A stretch of 33,739 nucleotides of DNA from Salisapilia sapeloensis CBS 127946 (taxonomy: Eukaryota > Protista > Oomycota): the NCBI GenBank assembly GCA_023334545.1, contig JAADVB010000208.1, positions 1 to 33,739 of the forward strand, in the 5' to 3' direction. The notes beneath the pieces were generated by a model that had not been told where the DNA came from, did no database searches, and was given only the letters and a program-made list of their open reading frames with translations. Shown piece after piece: positions 1 to 9,340 of the stretch (within the stretch, counting starts at the first letter, position 1; every line of letters starts with the position of its first letter). A program made the position numbers and the translations under genes.

Positions 1-681
1 CATTCTTCTCTTGTTTCGAGTCCAAGCTTGGAAGGGTCTCATCCAGCACAGGTCCACCAGGAACACCAGACCAAGACAGGAAGCTTGGTAGAAGATACTT
101 ATTTCGGCCCTGACAAGTTCAGTCGCCATCACCCACAGTAGTTTTCACCTTATCATAAAAACGCGAAAACCTTCGATAATTAGTTGAGATACCCCTTAAT
201 GCTCCCTTCTTTTCAGAAAAATCCGTGGACGGCACAATTATGGATTGTTTACAGAACTAAAGGCGAATATCATAAACGGAAACCTGACCCTCTTTATATC
301 GTATTAAACTTGTGTCATCATGATACTCATGCCAACTCACATCTCTGCGCTGCTACATGATCACACGTTCATCACGGTGCTTGTCCCACTGCTTCTAGTT
401 AATAGAACCCTATACATGTATCCAATGAGCATACACTCTACAAGCTGATCCGGCCTATCAAACGGGTTCCTAGCCTGAGAAGTTGCATGGAGAACCTCTA
501 CCACACAATAATCAACCCATGCGAACAGTACTGTAAAATTAAGACAAAATTTAAAAGCCCTACCCTGTATATATTATCATCCAATCATCAATGCGGATGA
601 AAATACCGACAAAATTCCACAATTGGTGTCATTCTCGTATTGTCAGTGCCGCAGACAAGAGCAAGCACAGAGGAGAAAGCC

Positions 682-1239
682 ATGCTCACTCTCAACTCAA
701 ACACCGTCGCGTACTCGCGCATCGGCGGTCGTGCCGCCCAATTCGTCTTCTGTCTTATCGGACTTTCGACCACATCTGCAGCGCTTAAATTTGGAAGTAG
801 TGCTGCCGTCTTTACGATTCTAATGACGTACACCGGCATGCTCCTTGGACTGTGGTATCTCGGAGCAATCGAGGTGTACCATTATTGCCCACGCCCGCAA
901 CTGATGATGGAACGCGGATTGGACGGGTTGATGGCGTTCATGCTCCTGATTGCTGCCATTGTCCTCGGTACTTCGTGGCCCGCGTCGGATTGTAATGCGT
1001 ATCATTTCCAGTGCGGCAATCTCCATGCAGGCGTTGCCTTTTCCGTGCTCGGAATGGTCGCCTTCTTGCTCACGCTAGGACTGACGTTCGTGCAAACGGA
1101 GACGTTTGCACCGTCCGAGATGTCTGTGTCACACGGAAATGATGCCTCGGCCGACTACCGGGAAGAACGCACGCCGACGAACAACACCAACTTGTCACCT
1201 CTCGGAGCCGACAAGCAAGATCCAGTTGCACATGTATAA
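682..1239 (+). CDS. MARVEL/CASP-like 4-TM membrane protein (array copy 1)
   Basis: Four hydrophobic segments. R-x-x-Q start of TM1 (GRAAQFVF), D-x-x-M in TM3 (LDGLMAFMLLIAA) and oomycete-type CNAYHFQCGNLHAGVAF before TM4. The ORF-track start at 640 is TTG; first ATG is 682, with INR TCATTCT at 629. Confidence 0.8.
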   Translation: MLTLNSNTVAYSRIGGRAAQFVFCLIGLSTTSAALKFGSSAAVFTILMTYTGMLLGLWYLGAIEVYHYCPRPQLMMERGLDGLMAFMLLIAAIVLGTSWPASDCNAYHFQCGNLHAGVAFSVLGMVAFLLTLGLTFVQTETFAPSEMSVSHGNDASADYREERTPTNNTNLSPLGADKQDPVAHV

Positions 1240-1625
1240 GCTTTTGAATTTTAATTTTTCTTGTTTCAAATGAACGTCGCAAGCCCTTTTCATATCCAGT
1301 TCTTGAGTCTTTCCACGGATACATGTTGGTGCCTGCATGATGACAACCTGCGTCTAGTAGATGTGACTGTTCACTCAAGATGAAAGCCGGAGGTGGTAAG
1401 TAATTGACTGTCGGCAGTTTTTTCTTAATGACGTCGCCATCAACATCCACTGATGGATATGTCTATCTCGAGACTATTGTATTGTTCTAAACGTTCGAAG
1501 ATGGCAGTGTCCAGAGAGCGTCGTCATCATACGCGCGGACGAAGACGTTCGCTTCCGGCTAGCTCGAATTTGCTTGGGAGAGCTCAGTATTCAAGTTGCC
1601 TCCAACTCCTCAAGCCTCTAACACT

Positions 1626-2189
1626 ATGGCATCCGGCCCCGAAGCTAGCTTACCGTTTGAAGAGCTACAACTCCGTTGGGTTCAGTTCGTCATCACAGTC
1701 GTGACTCTGGTCATGCCTGCCATCTGCATACAATGTGTAGCGGATGCATCACCAGAGACCATCATTGCCATCTCCTCTCTATTCCTGATGAACTTCATCA
1801 TGCCGTTTTACTTGCTTTTGTCCAAATGTGTGAACTGCATCAGCACACCGTCAAAGCGTGCGAGGAAAATGATGGATATCATCCTTTGTACGCTCCTAGC
1901 TCTCCAGATTTCCATTTGCATGCTATGGTTGATCCAGGCAATAAAGGAATATGACGAAGAATGGGAATTGATCTGGGTTCTTGCTACCATCCTACTTTGC
2001 TGTGTCGCGACCTTGGGTGTGCTGATGAAGATACTGCTTACGACGACAAAGGAAGAAATGAGTGAAGCATCGGACTCGGGGATCGTGGTCGAAGAAGGCA
2101 AAGTTATCAATGACTCAAGCATCTACTATGAGATGGGGGACTCAAAGATCATCACTTCTAACCGTCGCTCGGAATCCATAGCGGGATAA
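1626..2189 (+). CDS. MARVEL-like 4-TM membrane protein (array copy 2, divergent)
   Basis: LRWVQFVI motif, four TM-like segments, MMDIILCTLL in TM3, acidic C-terminal tail. First ATG is 1626 (the track start at 1596 is TTG). INR-like TCAGTATTCAAGTTGCC at 1584. Confidence 0.7.
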   Translation: MASGPEASLPFEELQLRWVQFVITVVTLVMPAICIQCVADASPETIIAISSLFLMNFIMPFYLLLSKCVNCISTPSKRARKMMDIILCTLLALQISICMLWLIQAIKEYDEEWELIWVLATILLCCVATLGVLMKILLTTTKEEMSEASDSGIVVEEGKVINDSSIYYEMGDSKIITSNRRSESIAG

Positions 2190-2477
2190 GGAACTAGCTA
2201 CATACGTGAATTTTCAATCGCACTCGAAGCCACTACGGATGATTTCCAGTGATTTCAGGTTAGCTTTATCTACATTTGTTTTGCCTAGTTACTTTAGCAC
2301 CATAATTGTTAGCCAGAATGCGTTCCACATTGACCACCTACGAGCTCATAGTTGTGGTTTCTTTCTACGTTTCGATAGAAGTAGAGTCAGTTTAATACCC
2401 AACATCTTCAAGTATCCTTTACATGCTTTCTCTGTAAAAGTATGTTTTATATTATACTATTAAATAGTATATTATGT

Positions 2478-2558
2478 GACAGCTTGGCCGAGTGGTTAAG
2501 GCGATAGACTAGAAATCTATTGGGGCAACCCGCGTGAGTTCAAATCTCACAGCTGTCG
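2478..2558 (+). tRNA. tRNA-Ser(AGA): tRNA-Ser (anticodon AGA), intronless, long variable arm
   Basis: Acceptor stem GACAGCT/AGCTGTC plus discriminator G. D arm GCCGAGTGGTTAAGGC. Anticodon stem ATAGA/TCTAT with loop CTAGAAA. Variable arm GGG-GCAA-CCC. T arm GTGAG-TTCAAAT-CTCAC. Confidence 0.97.
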
Positions 2559-2564
2559 ATTATC

Positions 2565-2574
2565 TTTTGTTTTT
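2565..2574 (+). terminator. Pol III oligo-T terminator of tRNA-Ser
   Basis: TTTT-G-TTTTT starting 7 nt after the tRNA 3' end. Confidence 0.7.
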
Positions 2575-3496
2575 GCCTATAGGTTTTTCATGTAGATGCT
2601 TGGATTTTGGATACGAGCAAGTGTTTTGTCTATTTCTAGGAATCAGAGATGCTACGGGATGCCGAGCTTGTTAATGTAAACATTGGAAGGGAGAAATGAG
2701 ACGTGTAGATGACTCTACGAAGCGTATACTCGGATGAAGAATCAAGATGAAAGTAAATACCATGGACTAAAGCTGAATACGCATAAGAGCAGCAACAGCC
2801 ACGGATGCTAATAAATGTTTATTGTGACGGAGATTTTATGGTGCTAATAAATGTATCGTCATAGCAAAGGAAAGGAGTGGTAGTTTGCGTTCTTTAACAC
2901 AGAGTGCGAAAGTCAAGGGCTAGATGGATAGGGAGCCATTCAAGCTTTCATATTGCTGATAGCGAAAAGCAGAGCTACTTGCGTGTCCTTATACTCGCCG
3001 ATCAGCTCCTTCCTATTATCTCCAAAGCATTATAGAACTGTGAAATCTGGCAGAGACCACGAGTAACATAAAGCTCTCCCACAAGATATTCTTGATTACC
3101 ATCACACCGGAGAGGAGAATGGTAAAGCAGCACACCACTTCAACAATTCTTTGGCCTTTAGTTTTAAAACAGTGGTTACACATATCGTACATCATCTCCA
3201 TCTACATGCAGATAGCTCTAGATTTCGTGCTTTTACTTCTTCTTGCTAAAGTAATCTACTTTAATTTTCACTTACTGGATTCTCATGCGCACAGATTAGG
3301 TCATGCTTGTAAGAGCGGTCGATCCCATGTCACATGCTGAAACTATCTCTTGCCTACTTACTAGGGTCAACTACTCTGGCTTTCCATATCGAAAAGCCTT
3401 TCTGGGTGGAACGGTCGACCGTTTCGCCTCTGACGCCTACATTCCACGTTGAAAATTTCTTTCCTTCATTCTCTATCTTGCCAGCTTGCAAGCACA

Positions 3497-4012
3497 ATGA
3501 AGTTTGTGCATGCCATGACCCCTGCTGCGAGGAATCGTACTTCGGCTATAGTCCGAGGTATCCAGGCGCTGTGTGCCTTGATTGCCTTTAGCGCCACTGC
3601 GGCTGGTAATCACCACAAAATTACCAGTGCCTCGGTCTTTACGATCGTTGTGACTTTCTTCTCGACACTACTGTCTTTGGGTTACCTTATCGGTGTCCAC
3701 AAGACGAACATGCTTGCTATGCCACCCGTTCGTATCCAGCGAGCTGTGGATGGAGTCTATGCCCTCTTCTTACTGATTGCAGCGATCGTACTTTCGCAAA
3801 GCAAGCACGTGGATCACAGTAGCAATCTACAAGCTGGTGTTGCTTTCACTGTGTTTACTTTCATCGCGATGGTTGCATCCGTCGGTCTCACGTACGTTCC
3901 GACTGAAGCAGTGAAAGACACGGACAAGACCGAGTTTTTGGAGCAAGGTGGAGTCTACAAGCAGCAGTTCACGCCCAGGACCGAACCGACCGCAGCGTGT
4001 GCTTCTGTCTAA
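3497..4012 (+). CDS. MARVEL/CASP-like 4-TM membrane protein (array copy 3)
   Basis: VRGIQALC, SASVFTIVVTF, VDGVYALFLLIAA and NLQAGVAFTVF are clearly homologous to copy 1. First ATG is 3497; INR TCATTCT at 3466. Confidence 0.8.
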   Translation: MKFVHAMTPAARNRTSAIVRGIQALCALIAFSATAAGNHHKITSASVFTIVVTFFSTLLSLGYLIGVHKTNMLAMPPVRIQRAVDGVYALFLLIAAIVLSQSKHVDHSSNLQAGVAFTVFTFIAMVASVGLTYVPTEAVKDTDKTEFLEQGGVYKQQFTPRTEPTAACASV

Positions 4013-4762
4013 GCAATTAATAGCACCAACCTCCATTTTTACCATTTCCACCCTATCTTAAATTCTTTCTATAGATAAATAACTTTTATTAAAGGACACT
4101 TTACCACTTCAAAGGACTGAATATCCACTCTGTCGCTTGCGATAACAGTGAAACATGCAGGAAGGATAAAGAGGCGGCTAGCGTATGCAACAAACGTGCT
4201 CGACAATGGTGCGACCGTTCCTATTAGAAAGTTGCAAGGCAAGGATACTCTGATGATGATCTAGTTATCATTTAGTTGACACTCAGGCGATAGTTTCTCT
4301 TGTTTTCCGAAGGTTTCTGGACCGAATCGACAAGAGTATCCATCTCACTTGCGTACTATGAGGAGAGTACGCATTAAAAATCCATCTTGCAGTCATCTTG
4401 CCGCCATCTTTCTATTTTTCTGATGACGGGTGAAACGACTGGTGTGTGTCCAGATAACCGAAGGGGTGATAGCAAGAAGATTTTATGGTTTCGTGCTTTC
4501 CTGTATATGATGGCGATCCACTCTATCTCAACAGACGCATGTAACCGCATAAATCTTGGGTTTCCGACTGTCGATAGTTTGCATAGGAACAAGGTCATAC
4601 GTTCAATGCAAGATAACCGATTGTTCATCAAAACAATGTACAAATCGAATACTGGAAGTGGTGCATGATGATACCAGCTATCCACTTCCAGAGCTTCACT
4701 TGCTCCTCGATCTCATTTTCCAACTTGCTTTCGACTGCTAACACCAAAAGCCTCCGTACAAT

Positions 4763-5275
4763 ATGTTTGAGCGTGCCTCCCCTGAAAACCTCTCCAAGAC
4801 TAGAAACTGGGCTCGTTGGGTCCAACTCGTGACCAGCTTACTCACAATCATATGCCTATCTACCGGCTTCATGTTTGATTACAATGGCGGTATCACCTTT
4901 GGCGTCCTAGTTCACGTCGCGACCCTTTCGCTGTCGGTGTACTACCTCCTTGTTGTCCGATGGGTGGATTGGTGTGAGCTGCCTACCAAATCGAGAATGC
5001 GCATTATTGACTGCATCCTAATGTTTCTATTGATCTGTGCGGTGGGCGCACCGTCATTCGGGGCCGTCGCCCTCGCGACTGGGGTCATCTTTGCCTACAT
5101 CTTCATGATCGTACACTTCATCGCCCTGGGCGTGCTCATCGCACTCTCTTGTGCGCCGGAGAAACATGGTGTGGAGATGACACCAGCTCCAGCCGCTGAA
5201 ACCCAGCCGAACGCCACCTACCAAGCTCAGACTACTCCTCTCTCGCGACCAAATCCGAATGAACTTCTCGTCTAG
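4763..5275 (+). CDS. MARVEL-like 4-TM membrane protein (array copy 4)
   Basis: ARWVQLVT, GGITFGVLV, YYLLVVR, RIIDCILMFLL. Close paralog of copy 5. INR+FPR-like TCATTTTCCAACTTGCT at 4713. Confidence 0.75.
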   Translation: MFERASPENLSKTRNWARWVQLVTSLLTIICLSTGFMFDYNGGITFGVLVHVATLSLSVYYLLVVRWVDWCELPTKSRMRIIDCILMFLLICAVGAPSFGAVALATGVIFAYIFMIVHFIALGVLIALSCAPEKHGVEMTPAPAAETQPNATYQAQTTPLSRPNPNELLV

Positions 5276-5940
5276 ACATGATGGATATAGTGTCTACTAC
5301 CAAAGCAACTTTCGCTTTACTCTCGTAAATTTCAATGAAACTTTTTTCTTTCCACCTTCATGATTGTACTGAACTTGTATCATATACTGCCCACATATTT
5401 ACTTATTGTACGATCCATCCAGCTCCCTAGTATAAGTATGTACGGGTTTCTATCAAATAGTAACTTACGAGGGATACACTAGTGACGATCTAGTTATTGT
5501 CTGGTTACCATCCTGAAGATGCTTTCTCTTCCTGTCTAAAACTTTCTTGACTGAATTGATAAAAGTATCCATGTCACTTGTGTATTACGATGCACTTGGT
5601 AATCAAGTCTCTATCTAGCGATTGTAATGCCCCATCTCTTCATATTTTTGATCATAAATGCCACGAATGCAAAGAGGCCTGGGTCGCCGCAATTATTATA
5701 CCGATAGGATTTATGATATTTTGCTTTCCAGGCTAGAAGGGTACTTTCTTAGAGTCGAATCGACAAAAGTATTGGTGTATCTCTTGGCTTTCCGACTGTC
5801 GATACTATAGTCACGACCACGATCATCTGTTTGAATCGATGCCTGATTGCATTTCATTTTGCAATCATAGACTTGGATACTAGCTACGCTGCATGATACT
5901 ACTAGCCATCTACTCCTAGCTCTCATCTTGTTGCTCAACT

Positions 5941-5957
5941 TCATTTATCAATTTGCA
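5941..5957 (+). promoter_or_regulatory. Oomycete core promoter INR+FPR
   Basis: TCATTTATCAATTTGCA lies 50 nt upstream of ATG 5991 and matches the Phytophthora-type YCATTYY-N-CAWTTT consensus. Confidence 0.65.
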
Positions 5958-5990
5958 TCCGACTACCAACACCAACAGACCAAGTGCAAC

Positions 5991-6503
5991 ATGTTTAAGC
6001 GTGTCTCTCCTAGCAATCTCTCTAAATCACGGACCTTGGCTCGTTGGGTCCAGCTATTGTGCAGCGTCTGCACGATTATAAGCCTCTGTACTGGGTTTAT
6101 CGATGAATTTAGTGGTGGTATCACTTTTGGTGTTGTCATCAACATCGTGGCCTTTTTGATGGCTGTATACTACCTCGTCGTTGTCAGACGAAACAAGTCG
6201 AACAAAGCGCCTTCCAAGGCGAAAATGCGCATACTCGACATCGTTGAACTCGTTTTGCTCGTTGGTGCATTGAGCTCACAGTCAACTTGGAACTCCGATC
6301 ACTCGATTGAGTTCTACGTGAGCTATACCTTCATGGTCATACACTTCTTCGCGCTGGTGTTCCTCATTCTATTATCCTGTGCGCCGGATTCGAGTGCTAC
6401 TGAACCGATACAGGCTCCAATTGTTGAAGCTCAACCGAATGTCGTCTACGAAGTTCGTACGGCCCCACTTGCGAAACCAAACCAACAAGAAAACCAAGTC
6501 TAG
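5991..6503 (+). CDS. MARVEL-like 4-TM membrane protein (array copy 5)
   Basis: MFKRVSPSNLSKSRTLARWVQL versus copy 4 MFERASPENLSKTRNWARWVQL; same length (170 aa). First ATG is 5991; INR+FPR TCATTTATCAATTTGCA at 5941. Confidence 0.75.
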   Translation: MFKRVSPSNLSKSRTLARWVQLLCSVCTIISLCTGFIDEFSGGITFGVVINIVAFLMAVYYLVVVRRNKSNKAPSKAKMRILDIVELVLLVGALSSQSTWNSDHSIEFYVSYTFMVIHFFALVFLILLSCAPDSSATEPIQAPIVEAQPNVVYEVRTAPLAKPNQQENQV

Positions 6504-6978
6504 ACATCATCGACCAAGTGTCCACTATCCAAGTTTCTACATTACTTTTGTAACTTTCAATAAAACTTCTTCTCCTGACCAAGATAACTGTACTGAACCT
6601 ATATTACATACTGTCCTCACCCTTCTATGGGTACGGACTGTCCAGCCTCACATTTAAAAGTATCTGTGGGTCTCTTTCCACTCTTGTTCCAAGTTCCCGA
6701 AGATGGCCACTTTGACCATTACTGTATGCGCCTTTCTCTGTTGCATACCTTCGATGGCCTCACTTGCGACTGATGTTCCTTGCTGTTGCCGGCATTCTTC
6801 CATACACTCCAGGCGACCCCTGGACGTCTGCTTCCCACAGAGCGGCATGCGACGACTCCACGCGTTTTTCTGGATTCTATACTCCCGCATGTAACTTCAT
6901 ATCAATCATGGAAATTTACTCTCGTCATCAACTCCACCTCACTTTTACAAGCGCAAAAGAGAGCGACAAGGAAGACCA

Positions 6979-7458
6979 ATGGATGAGCGAACAGTCAGGT
7001 GTCTACGTATCACAGGACGAGCACTTCAAATGGCAGCATCCACCACAGCTTTAGTTGCTGCAACAGACTACTCGACCACAGGTCCAGTGTTCATCTATGT
7101 CTTATTGGCAACGTATACAACGACTGTCTTTGCCTTTTGGCATCTCGTGTGCATCGAAATGTTCCGATGCGCCACCAGACCAGAGCCCCGACTCAGTCTC
7201 GTATCAGATCTGGTCATGTTCGTTCTCGTCGCCACTAGTGGTACGCTACTGGCACTCCCATCTAGCTGCACGTCTTCCGACTGCTTTGTACCACAGATAG
7301 TCATGAGTAGTGCCTTTATCGCGTCCGGCGCATTCGCCTGGACGATTGCCGTGGCATTTATGAAAAAAGAAAAGAAACCAAAAGAGTACTGGCTCGAGCA
7401 GTCCTGGCTAGCAACATCCCAGGCCCCATCGGCATGTATGAGTGAAGCCATCATCTAA
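6979..7458 (+). CDS. MARVEL-like 4-TM membrane protein (array copy 6)
   Basis: GRALQMAA, PVFIYVLLATY, FAFWHLVCIE, SDLVMFVLV and Cys pair SSCTSSDC before TM4. INR-like TCACTTT at 6939. Confidence 0.7.
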   Translation: MDERTVRCLRITGRALQMAASTTALVAATDYSTTGPVFIYVLLATYTTTVFAFWHLVCIEMFRCATRPEPRLSLVSDLVMFVLVATSGTLLALPSSCTSSDCFVPQIVMSSAFIASGAFAWTIAVAFMKKEKKPKEYWLEQSWLATSQAPSACMSEAII

Positions 7459-7515
7459 TACAAGTATTTTTCAACGCCTGCATCGGAACGCATCTCGTTC
7501 TTGTATTTGAATTGA

Positions 7516-8511
7516 TTAGACTTTTTCGGTCATGTCCGGCACGGCTTCGAAGAGGTCGGCAACGAGACCATAGTCGGCCACTTGGAAGATGGGCGCTTCT
7601 TCATCCTTGTTAATCGCCACGATCGTCTTCGAGTCTTTCATACCAGCAAGATGTTGGATCGCACCGGAGATACCGACGGCAACGTACAGCTCGGGCGCCA
7701 CCACTTTTCCGGTCTGACCGACTTGCAGCTCATTCGGGACATAGCCAGCGTCCACGGCTGCGCGGGAGGCACCGACGGCACCACCCAACTTGTCCGCGAG
7801 TTTGTACAACATTTCAAAGTTCTCTCCGTTCTTCAGTCCACGACCACCAGAGATGACGATGCCGGCAGCAGACAAGTCCGGGCGTTCCGACTGCGACACT
7901 TCTTCCGAGACGAACGACGTCTTGCCAAAAGTAGGCGACTCGGGCGCGTCCGAGACGGAGGCACTTCCACCTTCAGCTGCGGATTTTTCAAAGCTCGTGG
8001 CACGAACGGTCATGAGTTTCACGGCATCCGAAGTCTTGACCTCCGCCAAGGCGTTGCCGGCGTACGTCGGTCGCACAAAGGTTTCCTTGTCCTTGACGTC
8101 AATAATGTCGGACAGCGGTGCAGCATCCAATTTGGCACCAAGTCGAGGCATGTAGGACTTGGAGGCGTTTGAGGACGGCGCAAGGATGTAGTTGAACGGC
8201 GAGTTCGCGTGTGCCGTTGCGAGCAATTCCGTGACTTCCTCGGCGACGATCTTGTCGAATTTCGCATCCTTGGCGTGGACGACGGAGGCAACGCCAGGGA
8301 GCTTGGCTGCGTTCTGAGCCAGTTCGTCGGCCGTGCTGCCAAGCACAAGGACGGTGACATCTTCACCAATCTTGCTTGCGGCCGTGAGGGTGCTGAGCGT
8401 GCCTGGCGTCACGTCCTTGTTGTTGCCGCTCTCGGCAACCACGAGCGTGGACATGGGCGCCCTGGACGCGATGGACGAAGCTACCTTGCGGGACAGTTGA
8501 CGAGCTAGCAT
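7516..8511 (-). CDS. ETFA: Electron transfer flavoprotein subunit alpha, mitochondrial
   Basis: [71 protein letters not shown]. Arg/Ser-rich presequence MLARQLSRK. The track start at 8520 is GTG; ATG is 8511. Confidence 0.97.
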   Translation of the reverse strand: MLARQLSRKVASSIASRAPMSTLVVAESGNNKDVTPGTLSTLTAASKIGEDVTVLVLGSTADELAQNAAKLPGVASVVHAKDAKFDKIVAEEVTELLATAHANSPFNYILAPSSNASKSYMPRLGAKLDAAPLSDIIDVKDKETFVRPTYAGNALAEVKTSDAVKLMTVRATSFEKSAAEGGSASVSDAPESPTFGKTSFVSEEVSQSERPDLSAAGIVISGGRGLKNGENFEMLYKLADKLGGAVGASRAAVDAGYVPNELQVGQTGKVVAPELYVAVGISGAIQHLAGMKDSKTIVAINKDEEAPIFQVADYGLVADLFEAVPDMTEKV

Positions 8512-8915
8512 GATGGGCACGTGCCTAGGATCGATTTGATGACAAAATTAATGCGGTCTTAGCCTCAAATCACACGGTTTCACATGAATACCTCCGTTTA
8601 TACTAGTCTTTGTATGCGCGAAAGGCACACGGGCGGGACAACTCACGTTAGATTCGGAGAACCTGCGATCGAGCATATTTGAAGATCAGCACGTCTTTGG
8701 ATAATAACATCACAAATGACAATCGTATGAAGATACTCAGGTTTTGGCCGGTTTAATTGTCTATATTTTAGATACAAAATTAAAGAGAGATAGGGCGTAA
8801 TAATAGAAGATGATGCTTGGCACGTGGCTTGATCATAAAGGAGAGCTTGATAGGATCGACTTTCGGGCTACCCTGAAGAGCTTGTTATCCGTCTGAAAGC
8901 AAGTGTTGGATCAAT

Positions 8916-9313
8916 ATGGCCAAGTCAGAAAGTGTGGGAACTATTATCCAGGACTTTCGTGCCCAGTACGTCAAGAGCACGCCTACGAAGCTCAAGCTTT
9001 TGGATGGCTTCCTCGCCTACGTTTTAGCTACCGGTATTCTACAGTTCGTCTACTGTCTTCTCGTTGGCAATTTCCCGTTCAACTCTTTCCTCGCTGGTTT
9101 CGTATGCACCGTCGGCGTTTTCGTTCTTGCTGGTAAGTTTGTATTGCCAATGAACTATCAATCATCTATTCACATTCGTTGGATATAGTTTCCCTCCGAA
9201 TGCAGATCAACCCGGAAAACAAGATGACGGATCGAACGGAGCAGCGCGCGTTTGCAGATTATCTTTTCTGCAATATCATTCTATTCCTCGTCGTCTTCAA
9301 TTTCATGGGCTAA
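8916..9313 (+). CDS. DAD1: Oligosaccharyltransferase subunit DAD1/OST2 (2 exons: 8916-9132, 9189-9313)
   Basis: [12 protein letters not shown]...[15 protein letters not shown] 56-nt GTAAGT..ATAG intron restores [41 protein letters not shown]. Confidence 0.95.
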
Positions 9314-9340
9314 GAAAATATATTCGTTTCTTTTCCTCGA

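Larger units (their letters stand above)
4255..6510 (+). repeat. ~1.23 kb tandem duplication (upstream region + MARVEL copies 4/5)
   Basis: Collinear blocks at a constant offset of 1228-1229 nt: 4255/5484 (GATGATCTAGTTAT/GACGATCTAGTTAT), 4324/5553 (27/32 identical), 4554/5782 (22/23 identical), ATG 4763/5991. Both genes end GTC TAG ACAT. Confidence 0.85.

Noticed and set aside
7582-8508. Long + strand ORFs overlapping ETFA (7582-8172, 7790-8155, 8209-8508)
   Set aside because: Antisense shadows of a GC-rich, codon-biased gene; no recognisable motifs.
7516-8511. Higher GC in ETFA, WDR75 and SFC1 as a sign of horizontal transfer
   Set aside because: All are ordinary eukaryotic housekeeping genes. 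Codon bias explains it more simply, and there are no mobility signatures.
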